Of a stretch of DNA of 64,000 nt, positions 26,428 to 41,349 are shown piece by piece. Source of the DNA: Eledone cirrhosa (lineage: Eukaryota); contig OZ024746.1 of NCBI GenBank assembly GCA_964016885.1, positions 24,490,001-24,554,000 on the forward strand, in the 5' to 3' direction. The notes beneath the pieces were generated by a model. That model was not told the origin of the DNA and made no database searches. It saw only the letters and a list, made by a program, of their open reading frames with translations. The position numbers were made by a program, and so were the translations under genes. Each line of letters starts with the position of its first letter. Positions within the stretch are counted from its first letter, which is position 1.

Positions 26428-28085
26428 GCCGGACCTAGATGTAACCAATAGCACCTGTTAACATTCTTTGTGTGGGGTAAGACAAAAACCATATTCCACG
26501 TCTTCCGGACAATTCTTCTTCAGCTGGTGAGAATAATCTGGTATTATTCTCACTAAAGGTGTGTTTATTGTATCCCGCACCTATGTTGACAGCTAATAGT
26601 TACCTCCGTTCTATCGTTAATCGGTAGAGGTCGTGATAGTGTTATGTAATATGCTTCTGTAATACAGAGATCACAAGATTTTCTTCGTCCATTGAACGGT
26701 TGGGCCCTAGCTACGATATCCCATTTTAGTGAGTGTTCAATGTTGCTTAATTTAAGGTTTTTAATGAGCCTAGAGATGTCGAACATCTGTTGCTAGGGTT
26801 TCGGAAGGAAAAAGAGTGCGCGTTATAGCATACCTTAAAAGGGTTAGAGGTAGACCCGATATAATGTTGTGGAGAATGAGATTTTAATGTTATTTTTATT
26901 AAAGAGTTTGTAATATCTATGGTGGGGGGGGGGGGGGGTGTTTAGATAGGATAGAGAAGAAGCGTTTAGGGATATTAGTGGCTAGATTAGATGAGAATGG
27001 GGGAGGAGGGGGTTAAGCCAGGTGATATTTCTAGATCTATTCCTTCTAGGGGTTCTAGTGGAGTTATTATTACCTGGGGATTTGTTATTTGTCATCCCAT
27101 TTCTCATTACTATTCTAGGGTTGATTTTTAGTTTGCTACTTGGAGTGGGGAGCAGGCCGCTGCCACCATTAAACTTCCCTGTATAGGTGCTGTTACTGCT
27201 AAAATTCCGGCGAATCTGGCTATATGCTAAGGTATTTCTAGTTCTAGTGTTAAGTTTATTATGGTGAATTGCTGTGTTATGGCATTTAGGTATGTAGTAA
27301 ATGGATTGTTCATAACCAGATTCAGAAAGAGCCTTATTATAATATTGTGCATGGTTTATAAATATCTCCTCATTTGCTGATAGCATGGAGATCCTATACG
27401 AGATAGATTTGATTACTGCTCTAATGACTGCCGGTGGGTGGTTAGAGTGTGGGCTAATATATGTGAGTATTTCACCTGGTTTATGGTAAGGGTAATATAG
27501 GTTATTGTTGAGATCCAGGGTGACGTCTAGGAAGTTTACTACTTTATGGTTCGGCTCGATGGTGATAGAGCGACCGTTATTTTTAAAGAATCTATGTAAT
27601 TGATTTTTAGCAAATCAATGCCCCGATTGGTGCAATTGTGGACTGCAAATAGGGCGTCGTCCCTGTATATTCCGCCTTGCAAGGGTTGGATTTCGGCTCT
27701 GATGTTATGTAATAGGTAAATTCCAACTAAATCGGTGATTTGCGCAGAGTCACTTGAGCCCATCGTGATGTCAAAGTTGTCTGTTCTATCTTTTCTAGTC
27801 CAGAGTGCTCCGTTGAATTCAATGATGGTCTGCCTAGCCATAAGTATGATGTTAATCTCATTATTGGTTATGTCCGAGTTGGTGCTGGCTAGGGTTAATG
27901 CTTTGTTGAGCAGTTCCAGGGTTATTGAAGCGTAATAGCTGTCGATGTCAAATTGGATGAACCTCATAGATTGCTTGGACCTTAGATCGGGGAACCATCT
28001 AATGACTTGGCCGGTGTTGGACCACAACTTGGAGGTGATATCATCCCGTAGCCCAGGGATCATCTTATCAAGGATGTTTTTAAAT
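26428..28085 (-). pseudogene. Frameshifted, 5'-truncated Penelope-like element (RT plus GIY-YIG) with 3' pLTR
   Basis: FIQFDIDSYYASI, ITMGSSDSAQITDLVGIYL, GGIYRDDAL, NFLDVTLDL, SPHSNHPP, HYIGSTSNPFK, CDLCITEAYYI, ISCQHR across several frames; pLTR 26428-26582 with degenerate CUGAAGA motif. Confidence 0.88.
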
Positions 28086-28301
28086 ATGTTAATTATTTTC
28101 CACTGAACCAGATCAATAATGATATATAGTCATCTGATCCAGAAATATTATATGGAGTAGCGAAACAATTGTAAACGGACATTATTATTATTAATATTAT
28201 TATAATTATTCTCTACATTCATTACATCAAACTAAAATATGTTGACAATCTTTTAATAATGTCCTCCTTGTGAAATTTGTGGTCTTGTTTTGCTTAACTA
28301 A

Positions 28302-28351
<50 letters not shown>

Positions 28352-28451
28352 CATGTGCCTATGTGCGTGAATGTTTTATTTATTTACAAATGTGCCTCTA
28401 TGTATGATATACATATACATACATACATACATACATACATACATACATACA

Positions 28452-28548
<97 letters not shown>

Positions 28549-28860
28549 GTATATATAAATACACACACACATATATAATTAATTTTTCACACTTCCTATA
28601 CATAGAGCCGGCAGTGTAAAGGTGAGTTAATGAAAATATTATAGAGTTATGTCATTTTCCATAGCAGAGAGTCTCGCCAGAGGCTGGTTTTACTGGTTTT
28701 ACTTATAACCTTTGTAGACGTAGGGAGTAAATCTTTTGTTCTTCACCCCGACTCCACTCTGAAGGCATTTCCTAACGTTGGCAGCGGAGACTACTCAATT
28801 GACAATGGAAATTGGAAATTAGATAAAAAATGAGTTATATATATATAAATAAATACACAC

Positions 28861-28920
<60 letters not shown>

Positions 28921-28931
28921 GAGTATGTATG

Positions 28932-28969
<38 letters not shown>

Positions 28970-28974
28970 CACAC

Positions 28975-29028
<54 letters not shown>

Positions 29029-29035
29029 GTGTATG

Positions 29036-29140
<105 letters not shown>

Positions 29141-29487
29141 GTATACACGCATATATATATGTGCGTGTGTGAGAGTGTGTCTGTATCTATACGTATTATA
29201 CATCTATCTATCTATATATATATATGTATATGTGTGTGTATGCGTGTGTGTGTATGCACATATATGTGTGCGGTGCGTATGTGTATTTATATGCATTTAT
29301 ATATATACATATATATATATATATACATGTACATATACACACACACCACACACACATATATATATATATATATATACACACAAACATACATATACAAATA
29401 TACGCATACATTTAGTAGTAGTGGTTATGACAAAGATGATGATGGAGATGATGATGATGTTGGTGAGGTTGATAATGATGATGTTGT

Positions 29488-29549
<62 letters not shown>

Positions 29550-29721
29550 TTGATGATGATAATAGTGTCATGGTTGATGATGATGATGATGATGATGATG
29601 ACAACTTTGTTTGGCTGTTGGAGATTGATAACATGGAATATTATATCTAACATGCGCGCGCACACACACACACAAACACATCCACACTTTCACAAACACA
29701 TTCAGATACACACATATATCT

Positions 29722-29765
<44 letters not shown>

Positions 29766-29930
29766 CTGACATTCCCCACATAGTTAATTCTATCAAGAGA
29801 TCAAATCATAGATATAACATTATATAAAAAAAAAAGAAAAATAAATGAAACGAAATCTGTTTTACCAAAGATTGAACCTTAGAGGAAATTATTAGAAAAA
29901 TATTACAAGGATTCAGACATATATATGTGC

Positions 29931-29998
<68 letters not shown>

Positions 29999-30153
29999 GC
30001 TCCCTCTCTCTCTCCCCCTCTCTCTCTCTTTCTCTCCCTCTCTCTCAAACACACGCACACATATATATATATGCATATATATATATATTTGTATGTATGA
30101 ATGTATGTATGTATGTATGTATGTGTGTGTGTGCCTGCATGTATGTATGCATG

Positions 30154-30220
<67 letters not shown>

Positions 30221-30308
30221 TTTTATATATATAGATACATATACATATATATATATATATTTAGATATACATATGTATGTGCGTAAATGTGTATATATGT
30301 TTCTGGAA

Positions 30309-30392
<84 letters not shown>

Positions 30393-30469
30393 TATACATA
30401 TATTTATATATATACATATATGCAGACATATATCTATTTATACTCTCTCTCTCTCTCACACACACATAC

Positions 30470-30521
<52 letters not shown>

Positions 30522-30873
30522 GTGTGTGTACGAGTGTGTAAGTGTGTAGATATATGGCTGTATGGCTCAGCAGTGTTTACATAATCAAACACAACATGAT
30601 ACATTTAATAGACAAATATATTTACCTCAGTTCTTTCTTCTTACTGGCATGTTCTATGATATTCCATAAGTAATCTACATAAATTCTTCACATTCAATGT
30701 ACCTTTTCTCAATGCTATTTATTCCTAACCCATTGTTACCAGATTCTATAGGAAAATTCTCTTGTCTCCGAATATATTTTACAGAACCAACTTATTAAAT
30801 TGAACTTATATTCGCGTATATATATTTTTAGACTTTTTCTCGTTGGTGAATTCCAAAATCGAAATAAATTTAT

Positions 30874-31065
30874 TAATTGTTTCTACTTTTTGGCACAAGG
30901 CCAGCAATTATCCCAGTGTATTACTGGTACTTTATTTTATCGACCCCCATAAGGATGAAAGGCAATGTTAACCTCGGCGGGATTTGAACTCAGTCCGTAA
31001 AGGGACGTAACTGTGCTGCAAAGCATGGCGTCCGACCCTCTACCGAAACTGCCAATCCACCGCCC
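30874..31065 (-). mobile_element. SINE (main family), full length
   Basis: Head, core and tail as above. Confidence 0.85.
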
Positions 31066-31589
31066 TTTAATGATAGATTTTGTTATGAGGACGTTAGAAT
31101 GACTGGTTCTTTGTACAGTGTTGTTATTGTTGTTGATGTTTAGACCCAGGTCATACCTGGTCGAGAAAATCAATTGTTAAAGGTGTTACAATCTTTATAA
31201 AACACTCCCTTCGGTCATGAATGGCCATGGGATTTGTACCAGGATATTTACTCTCCGTGGCGCAAATCCGGGCAAGGTGTGTTTGTGGAAGACCACCAGT
31301 CTCCCCTCTCCACGCAAGCATCCTATTTAATAAAATCTGAAATTGGAGGTGAAGTGACGTCATATATCTTAGATAAAGGTTCTTTAATTATCATAGATTT
31401 ATTTATGTCAAGAAATGGAATATTCGGTCACATACATTTATTAGGCCATTCAGTTAACCGAATAACTGAAACATTTATCATCTAACATTAGCCAAGACCA
31501 GTAATTTTGAGGAAGAAAAAAATAATTATACCGAACCCAGTATTTAACTGGTACTTTATAATATCGATCCGGAAAGAATGAAATCAAAG

Positions 31590-31936
31590 CGCCGGACCTA
31601 GATGTAACCAATAGCACCTGTTAACATTCTTTGTGTGGGGTAAGACAAATACCACATCCCACGTCTTCAGGACAATCCTTCTTCAGCTGGTGAGAATAAT
31701 CTGGTATTATTCTCACTGGATTGGCAGTATCGGTAGAGGGTCGGACGCCATGCTTTCCAGCATAGTTACGTCCCTTTAAGATCTAAGTTCAAATCCCGCC
31801 GAGGTTGACTTTGCCTTTCATCCTTACGGGGTCGATAAAATAAAGTACCAGTAATGCACTGGGTAATTGCTGGCCTTGTGTCTAAAGTAGAAACAATTAT
31901 TCTCACTAAAGGTGTGTTTACTGTATCCCGCGCCTA
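31590..31936 (-). mobile_element. Solo copy of the 26428-26582 pLTR, split by a SINE
   Basis: 31590-31717 plus 31896-31936 reconstitute 26428-26582. Confidence 0.8.
31718..31895 (+). mobile_element. SINE (main family) with 12-bp TSD
   Basis: TSD attattctcact at 31706-31717 and 31896-31907. Confidence 0.9.
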
Positions 31937-32106
31937 TTTAGTCTTAGGTAATCAATATATTGTATGTAGTGAATGGGCAGAGTCGTTAAAACATCAGATA
32001 AAATTTCCGCCGCTCTCAATTTAAATGCCGCTGAGGTCACCTTAGCCTTTCATCCTTTCGAGGTCGATAAAAAAAATGTAGCAGTCCAGAAGATTCTTCT
32101 TCCATT

Positions 32107-32147
<41 letters not shown>

Positions 32148-33901
32148 GAGACATTTGCTGTGTTAAGACCTGGAGAGAGATAGTCACCTTCGTGTTTGAA
32201 AAGCACAAGAAACACCGTATGTCATTACGGCACCCCTACGGTTCATCAGGAATTACATACAATCAATAGATCTATCGCACCCACAACTATGTCATTTGGC
32301 CCACGCGGTACTGATTTATTTTCGAACGACTGTGAATTTCATTTCGTCGTTGTTCTCTTCGGCGTCTTCATTTTTGTTGTTGTTCTCGTTGTTATTGTTG
32401 ATGTTGTTCTCGTTGTTATCGCCGCCGTCGTCGTCGTTCTCATAACTCATGGTTGTAACTTACTGGTAACACATACAAAACATACATTCTCAAAATTTGG
32501 TGATGGCTAAACCGAAGAGCAAAATATTTTACTTCCTTTTTGTTCCACCTCGTTCACCATACCATTTATTTCACCGTAGCTACCATACAGTGACAAACTG
32601 TCTGTTCTTCCGGGCCATAATGAAAGCGGTGATGCGAACCTTGTAACGGATTTAGCTGATAGCTATACACAAAAACAGCTGCTGACATTTCTGCACAAAT
32701 CAGCAATGCTCCTCGGATATTGAATGAATGCTTGTAGAAAAGTTTCGTTGCTCTGCACTCATCTGGAGCAAGCCTGTCAGTCGGCGCTACTGCCAGATCA
32801 ATGAACTGACGACTTTGATCACAGTTCTTGGGCTAAATCTCCTCCTCCGGAATAGGCTATTTTGTTGATCCTGGTCTATGCCTAGGGTCTACTGGAAAAC
32901 ATTGTCGCTTTTGTCCATCATTATCCCATCCCCTATGGAATACGGTTTAATGTGCCACTAACCACACTACCCGACTGATCGAGAAATGTGAGCGCCTGAT
33001 AATATTCTAGATGCCTGATCTTTGTTTGACTCGGGACTTCAGCCCTATCAAATAAACAATTTGCCAGAGAATATTACCTAAAAAAAAAAAATGTTGGACT
33101 TTTTCAATAGCGATGAAATTATGCGAATGCCGCGGCCTTGATGCATTGTCTTTGTTTAACGAGGGACAACAGCTCTGTCAAATAAACTAGCTGTGAGAAA
33201 ACGTACCTTTCAAACGGTAACCACGCTTTCTCATCACTCGGGAATCTCTGCAATTCCGCAGCCTAGGTGCATAGCTGCCCACTATCAACCACGGTAGATT
33301 AAGTCCTCTGTGTATAAATATATATGCCCGTCATCAACCTTGGTATATCAACTCCTCCGTATATAAATACCAATTGGCAACTTACAGATTAAATATCTTC
33401 TGTGTCTATTTGGAAATAGTTTTCTTTTTTTTTTATTGGTTTTAGTTAACAAGAAAAGGGGGGGGGGGAATCATATTAGAATATCTTCTGTATGTCTAAT
33501 ATTACTCTGTGAAACCTAATCTTGACAAAATCAAATTAACGTTGAGTAGATATATGGCTGACAAAAGACTTACCCAGGATTGGTGTGGGTTACCATATGT
33601 ATTCATGGCCGCTGTGCACTCATTTATTCAGTTGTCTTATTGAGTTTCGTATTTCTTCTACTTGAGGTCACAAGTGAATAGAAAGTCGGCCTATTTCGTA
33701 CATGGCTACCTAATGCCATTAGCGAAAGGATACATGCTGATTCTAAGTCATCCTCGATTATGATTGATAGTTCAATTTGATCTTAATATTTTATAAAAGA
33801 TTTTTTTTTTTCATTTTCTTTATTAGTCGTTTGTGATTAGTTTAGAACAATAGCGTTCTTAAGTATATTAACCTCTGAAAACCTTCTCGGTATCATCATA
33901 T

Positions 33902-34280
33902 TAATTGTTTCTACTTTTGGCACAAATACCCAGTACATTACTGGTACTTTATTTTATCGACCCCGTAAGGATAAAAAGCAAAGTTAACCTCGGCGGGATT
34001 TGAACTCAGTTCGCAAAGGATGTAACTGTGCTGCAAAGCATGGCGTCGGACCCTCTACCGATACTGCCAATCCACCACTATACATCATCATATTAATTGT
34101 TTCTACTTTAGGCACAAGGCCAGCAATTACCCAGTGTATTACTGGTACTTTATTTTATCTACCCCGTAAGGATGAAAGGCAAAGTCAACCTCGGCGGAAA
34201 CTGAACTCAGATCGTAAAGGGGCGTAACTATGCTGGAAAGCATGGCGTCCGACCCTCTACCGATACTGCCAATCCACCAC
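33902..34280 (-). mobile_element. Two tandem SINE copies
   Basis: About 33902-34078 and 34093-34280; atcatcatattaat occurs before, between and after them. Confidence 0.88.
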
Positions 34281-34594
34281 TATACATCATCATATTAATG
34301 AAGGGAAAGTAGTTTTGTATGACTGGTGCGTCTTACAGTCGGCAGCAAAAGCTTATATGAATATGGTAGTTGTTTTTGTTTTTATTTCAATGCCAACAAC
34401 TAACAATACTCTGAACAGGAAACTTCTCCATTCAACTATCAAACTGGCACGATATATATTTGTGTCTGTTTTTTTCTTAAACAATTTTTCTGTCCTTCCT
34501 CTTCTTACTCCCTATCTTTCTATTTCAACTTTTATCTCTCATTCTATCTGTCAACTGTAAGTTAAAATAACCACTACACAAATAATATATCAGT

Positions 34595-34950
34595 ATCCAA
34601 CCCAATCCAAGGCCTTCTCACTCTTGCTGGAGGAACCCCTCCCTGGTTGACCTCCATCACTTTCTGTTTGGTTTTGGCTATGTCTTCACGGGTGTAGCTA
34701 TACTCCACCATGCTTGGCCAATTGCGGGTTGGAGAGGCTATTTAATCCATAGTTGGAGTGAATGGCCGTTGACTTTGAGGGCTTCATCCGCTCTTTTTAC
34801 AGCTTTATTTGTGCTGCTGGGGTTCCACCTACCCTCCTCACCAGACAAGGATTTGGTAGGGAAGCCGGTTTAAACACCGACTACTCGACCATGAGGTAGG
34901 TTGTACATAGTATCAGTATCAGTAGCAGGCAGAAGCCTGATCTGACCTGT
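34595..34950 (-). mobile_element. Probable 5' leader of an RTE-like LINE (related to 50580-51100)
   Basis: Shares ggccgttgact, accctcctcacca, gccgg.tta, cgaccatg, aggttgtac, cagtagca in the same order with 50905-51098; family assignment from recall of RTE 5' UTRs. Confidence 0.45.
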
Positions 34951-36213
34951 ATATATCTGTATACACGAACGTAATAGTCCAGACATTATGCTACCACCAG
35001 TGTAAGACCAATATTTATATTGGTACTAAGTAAATATATACTCGTATATTTCAACGTCTTTCACTGTAACACTATAACACCATCACACCAGCAAAGAATA
35101 GTTCTTTGATTACAAATTCCATTTTATCTGTTTTCCTAACCAATTCAATGATCTACCCTTTCTTTCTTTCTTCTATTCTTTCTTTCTTTCTTTTTCTCTT
35201 TCTTTCTGTTTTCTTTCTTTCTTTTCTTCTTTCTTTCTATTTCTATCTTTACTCCTTCTAGCTATCTTTCTTTCTTTCACGTATCTCTTCTTTCTCACTT
35301 CCTTCTTTAACACTATTCTCATTCCTCTCTGTCTTTCATTCTTTCTTCCCCTATTGTAATTTTGTCGTTGTTGCTGTTATTACTGTTGTTGTAGCTGCTC
35401 GTTGTTGTTGTCGTCTTCTTCTTCTTCTTCTTCTTCTTCGTCGTCGTCGTGTCGTCGTCAAAACCGCCATCATTAAAACCATCGTCGCTACAATCATTAC
35501 TTTCTCTAGCCACATCACCACTACCACCACTACCACTACAAACCACCACCACCACCACCATCAGTACCACATGCCACTACCCACTACCACCACCACCACC
35601 ACCACCACCACCACAACCACCACTATCACTACCGCCACTGCGACTACCACCATCACTATCGCCACCACCACCATTACCTTCCACGCCACCACCATCACCA
35701 CTACCTCCACCGCTCCGCCACCACTAGTACTGTTAATGTAACTACTGGCATCTATTGCTTCTGTAGATTTTGTCCTCCACCACACACCAACACCACACAC
35801 CAACACCACACACCAACACCACACACCAACACCACCCATCACCACCCGCCGTTAGTTTCTAACTAAAAAAGTAATTAGCGGTGCGAGTTACCTATACACT
35901 TGCTCACCTTACTTCGTAACTTTTCATGAAGCTGGCTCCAATAAGCGCCCTCTGTCGGAATTCTTTTGGTCTCTTCTGTGCCACCTTTGACCTCGCCCAC
36001 CCGATCCTGCCAAAAATCTCATTAACTTATTGTAAAATCTCAATTACTTACAGACCGGGACCACTTCAGTCGTTCAGTGTAAAATATACCCCGTTCATTA
36101 TTTTTTGTACACACACACACACACACATAAACACATGTATATGTATGTACGTGTGCGTATATATGTAAGCATATATGTTTATATATATGTATGCATTTCT
36201 ATCTATCTACCTA

Positions 36214-36316
<103 letters not shown>

Positions 36317-36502
36317 GGTGTGTGTGTGCGTGTGTATAAATATATATCCATATATATATATATATATATATTAAAATAACAGATTAAAGTTTATCGAGCC
36401 CTCTTTGGATTTTAGTCTTCAAATTTATTATTATTACTATATATATATATATATATATATAGTTTTGCGAGGTTTTTTATATGAAATCGTGTGTCGAAAC
36501 AG

Positions 36503-37057
36503 ATATTGTTATACTTGGGGAGGGTCATATTTGCGTAATATTGCCAGAATTAATAACAGAACACACTCACTGTTTGGTTGGTTTTCGCTTCTCGCTGTCT
36601 TTTATTATATCTGCGATCTAACTTACTCGGTCCTCAATGTTGCCATTGACTGACCGGCGGTCAAAAATAATACAGATACAATATAGACACAAACACATAT
36701 ATATAGTTTACATAATTTACATAAATCTTTCGTTGCACATCTGCAATAAAAAAAAAAAATGGCGTAGACATACAACACAACAGGAGGAACAATGAATATA
36801 ACACCACTGACGATGTTGCAGATGTGCAACGAAAGATTTATGTAAATTATGTAAACTATATATATATATATGTGTTTGTGTCTATATTGTATCTGTATTA
36901 TTTTTGACCGCCGGTCAGTCAATGGCAACATTGAGGACCGAGTAAGTTAGATCGCAGATATAATAAAAGACAGCGAGAAGCGAAAACCAACCAAACAGTG
37001 AGTGTGTTCTGTTATTAATTCTGGCAATATTACGCAAATATGACCCTCCCCAAGTAT

Positions 37058-37064
<7 letters not shown>
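36503..37064. mobile_element. Long inverted repeat (about 245-bp arms) between (TA)n tracts, probable inverted pLTR pair
   Basis: 36503-36747 is the reverse complement of 36815-37064; upstream GUC GAAA CAG AUA UUG UU resembles a hammerhead 3' half. Confidence 0.75.
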
Positions 37065-37101
<37 letters not shown>

Positions 37102-37151
37102 ATATATACATGTATATATATATGAATATCTATTTATACACACACACACAC

Positions 37152-37230
<79 letters not shown>

Positions 37231-37385
37231 AGGTGTCATAAGTGAAGAGATCAACTTTGTTGAGATATGTCAAGCAGTTTTAAAAGCTCAATATGTTTCT
37301 GCGATCTGCTGCAAATATATTGAAAAAGTTCATCCCAGGTGTAATTCATAGGGTAACTAATTCAGACATTTATTATTATTATTAT

Positions 37386-37595
37386 GGTGGATTGGCAGTA
37401 TCGGTAGAGCGTCGGACAACATGCTATGTGGATAGAGTTACGGCCCTTTAAGTTCTGATTTCAAATCCCGCCGAGATTAGCTTTACGTTTCATCCTTACG
37501 GGGTCGATAAAATATAGTACCAGTAACGTTCTGCAGTCGATTTAATTGATTTTTTCCCCACCTTCCCTCAAATTATTGAACTTGTGCCTAAATCA
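37386..37595 (+). mobile_element. SINE (older subfamily)
   Basis: Head and core with a longer 3' region. Confidence 0.8.
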
Positions 37596-38038
37596 GAAAC
37601 CATTAATACAATAGTCTTTCATTTTTAAAATATGGTTACTTGTATTAAGAAAAGTGTAGTAAAATTGAAATTTGAGAATATGCTTTCTATTTGTAAAGGC
37701 TACAACAACCCATATTAAATATAAGAAATTTGAATAAAGTCGGGGATATAAACCCTTTTTGCAAATCATCGTTTCCACGAGTTTGTAATGGTCTGTCTGT
37801 GACCTATACCATTTAGAAATCAGAGTTATTATAGTTTAATTTCAAAGTGCGGTAGAGAGGCAGAATTAAATGTTATGAGGTGGGTTCTTATAAGTCATAT
37901 ATAATTCTCTATATCAACTACACGGAACTCTCTTCCGATTCCCCTCTCTATAGCAATAAACATCAATCTCTCCCCCTCGCTATATTTAATATACATCACA
38001 CACTCCCAAACCCCCTCTCTATAACAATTACCACCAAA

Positions 38039-39050
38039 CTATTTCCATACATCTGCTGTCAACACCCTTCGAACGGAGGGCTGGGGCTGCCGTGGCTGAC
38101 GATGCGTAGACACGCATTAAGGCTACGGCACCTCCAGGTATTCCTCACCGGTCAGCCGGTGTGGGCCCTGTTTGTGAGGCGAGCCTTTCCGAGACTCGTC
38201 TCACTCACCGAGCTGCAATCCTGGGTCAAGCAAAGACCGAGAAAAGTGGGCGATTGGCACATTGAATGTGCCCAGGCGCTCACGGCCCTCTGGCAAGCGG
38301 ATCCGGCAATCAGTGGAGACTCAACCTCAACATTCTATAGAGGGTTGGTGCGCAGTAAGTGCGACGACGCTCTCGGAGAGGCTCTGGGCATAGAGGAAGA
38401 TGAGCTGGCCAGTCTGTTCGGTACATGCATTCGTACACTGCCCTGGCGTTGCTGACCTGTGGGGCTATGTGGAACGACTACTGTCGCGGGTGGGACCAAT
38501 CCGGTTGACCACCGAGAACATTGTCACGATCAAACCGCCTCCCCCTTTCAATAACGAAGGAGAGGCGGTTTTCCTCTGTGTGATAGCTATGGCGAAAGAA
38601 GTTGTATGGTGGACAAGGTTGAAAGGGCTGAGGTCAGACACCTTTCTCTCCGGCCAACAACTGGTCTTTTTTTTTCAAGTACCACTTTAGAAGAAGGATC
38701 AGAATGGAGAGAGAGGTGCTCTACCCCAGCAAGTTTTATGAAAGGTGGGTGAAAGTAGCGAGAATGGCCCGAGTGAATGGGCCTTCTCTCTATATCAGCC
38801 TGTAGGTGAGAGAGGAGAAGAATGAGAAGAGGAAGGAAGCACCCGCTCTTTGTGCTCCTGAAGAGGAGGGTTGCACATTTTTTCGGAGGTGTGTGCGACC
38901 CATGTCAACGCCCCTCCCTATTGAGGACATCGATTGTTAAATTTAATTTCTTATACGTTTTTTACACGTCTTTTTAAATGTATGTAAACTCCCCCCCTTT
39001 GTATTTGTCCCAATCTTTGATGCTCTGGTGGCAAATAAATAGAAATTTAT
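38039..39050 (+). pseudogene. 5'-truncated L1/Tx1-like non-LTR retrotransposon (post-RT region, Zn-binding motif, 3' UTR) with TSD
   Basis: ICCQHPSNGGLGLPW...LRLRHL and HAFVHCPGVADLWGYVE; tail gtggcaaataaatagaaat; TSD caattaccaccaaa at 38025-38038 and 39053-39066. Confidence 0.8.
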
Positions 39051-39403
39051 ATCAATTACCACCAAATTCTCCCCCTCTCTATATCTATATCTATCTCTCC
39101 CATCTGTCTCTACATAACATGTACATAAATTGTTACGCTATATACAAATAGATGTGTGTTTTGTTAGTTTGGGGAGAAAAATATAATTATTCGTAGGGGG
39201 GGGGGCGTCCCCCAGTTCCACCACCTCTGAATAGTAACAGTAGTAATAATAATTATGATATTGATAGTAAAACTGCGGTAGTAATAAGAAAATCAATAAA
39301 TTTTCAACAACAAAAAAACTCGCTAAAAGCCTCTAAATATTAGAAATATATATTTAGGCTTACTACCTACTCCTAATAATAAGCTTGACATACATACAAA
39401 TAC

Positions 39404-39590
39404 TTGTTTCTACTTTAAGCACAAGGCCAGCAATTATCCAGTACATTACTGGTACTTTATTTTATCGACCCCGTAAGGATGAAAGGCAAAGTTAACCTCG
39501 GTGGGACTTGAACTCAGAATGGCAAGGGCCGTAACTCTCTACGTCAAAGCATGGCGTCCGACCCTCTACCGATACTGCCAATCCACCGGC
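39404..39590 (-). mobile_element. SINE (main family); an older copy follows at about 39690-39822
   Basis: Head, core and tail as above. Confidence 0.85.
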
Positions 39591-40072
39591 AAAGTTACAA
39601 ATAATAATCCTAAATATTGATTTAAACCACAACATAATGATAGTAATTTGTCATCCCATGAAATTATCTTGGTCAGCTTATGAACTTTTCAGCCGACCCT
39701 TTATTTCACCGACCCCCGAAGTTGGCTTCGGTGGGATTTGAACTCAGAATGCAAAGGAAAAAGAATCATATATTGCAAAACCTTTTGTTGACGCTCTAAC
39801 AATTCCGCCAATTCGCCGCCTTCAAAACAGTTCTAATGGTAGAGTCTGTATTGGACAAAAGAAATATACCTATTTTATCAGCTAATATATTTCACACAAA
39901 ACTCACGCGTGTCTGTGAATACAGATCAACGTTCATATAGGGTGTCGTAGAAGCCTATTTATTATAAGGATTAACTTTGCGGTCACATCATAGAAAAAAG
40001 TAAACACTCACCCACACAGTACGGCAAAACAACAAGAGGACGAGCTAATGAGAGTCACTTTATGTTGTCGTG

Positions 40073-40140
<68 letters not shown>

Positions 40141-40145
<5 letters not shown>

Positions 40146-40288
40146 AAAATACTGCAGGTAGCACATGGATAACATGTAATAAAATGAGTCCCTCATCAGT
40201 GATTATTACATGTAATCGTCGGCAAATCACTGATGAGGGACTCATTTTATTACATGTTATCCATGTGCTACCTGCAGTATTTTTCTCT
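40141..40288. repeat. Palindrome with 64-bp arms; partial third copy at 40708-40749
   Basis: agagaaaaatactgcagg...cctcatcagtgatt and its reverse complement 40225-40288. Confidence 0.8.
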
Positions 40289-40743
40289 ATATTTTATTAC
40301 ATATATTTACCACTGCGATTCTGTGTTTTTTTCTCTCTCTCTCTTACTGCTCCCCCAGTCTCTCTGTTTCTCCCCCTCTGTCATGTCAGTTAACTCTTCC
40401 TCACACTTTCACTCACTCACTGTTTCTCTTCTCTTCATTTCATCCTGTACACCACGAAGGCTATTTTTCTCTCTTCTCACATGGCCAGAGTTCGTGTCAG
40501 GTCTGTTTTCTAAAAGCTCATATATTCACCTAGCTTATGCTAAACAGAATAATTTTGAAGCTTGTTTCTTTCCCCTACGGTTAGCTATACTCTGTGTTGT
40601 TCTCCTGTCTCACTCGCTTTACGCGTTTCAATTGTCCTAATAACTTATTTTGGTTATTATTGCACCGACGTGAGGTATATGATTTTTAATGCAATGAAAT
40701 ATCGATGATCGTCGGCAAATCACTGATGAGGGACTCATTTTAT

Positions 40744-40798
<55 letters not shown>

Positions 40799-41006
40799 TA
40801 ATAATAATAAAAAGGACCATTTGTTAGGTCTTGATTACGTTTATTGAGAATGTCCCCAAAGATGCTTTAATTACCTGTACAGGCAATATTTATTAGAATG
40901 CTGTTAAAGTATGTATACATTTTTTGGAACACCCTATATATATATGTAGAGGTTATATTTAATTTGTTGGGATACAACAAGCAAAATATTTTTATAACTG
41001 ATATAA

Positions 41007-41308
41007 AGCACTCAACAAATTATTGGAGTAAATATACAATATATTAACAAATGGAAACTGTATTTATAAAACCATATTTATTTCATTATACATATTTCAA
41101 GGGCCACCAGAGCAAACTATGGTGCGCTTTCATCAGATAAAATATAATATAGGTTAGTTTTATAAATATATATTGACATACCCTTAAAAAATGCAACCAT
41201 TCTGGTTGGAATCTGATGAAAGCGCGCCATAGTTTGCTCTGGTGGCCCTTGAAATATGTATAATGAAATAAATATTGTTTTATAAAAATAGTTTCCATTT
41301 GTTAATAT

Positions 41309-41315
<7 letters not shown>
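41007..41315. mobile_element. Inverted pLTR pair with hammerheads
   Basis: About 41033-41138 is the reverse complement of 41211-41315. Confidence 0.8.
41080..41143 (-). ncRNA. Type I hammerhead ribozyme
   Basis: Minus strand AUUUUAU CUGAUGA AAGCGCACCA UAGUUUGCUC UGGUGGCCCUU GAAA UAUGUA UA AUGAAAU; wobble-palindromic stem III; the plus copy (41211-41269) lacks most of the stem I 5' strand. Confidence 0.75.

Positions 41316-41349
<34 letters not shown>

Noticed and set aside
31150-33300. Non-repetitive stretches (31150-31490, 32530-33300) that may be decayed transposon coding sequence
   Set aside because: No motif I can identify with confidence; needs tBLASTx or Dfam search
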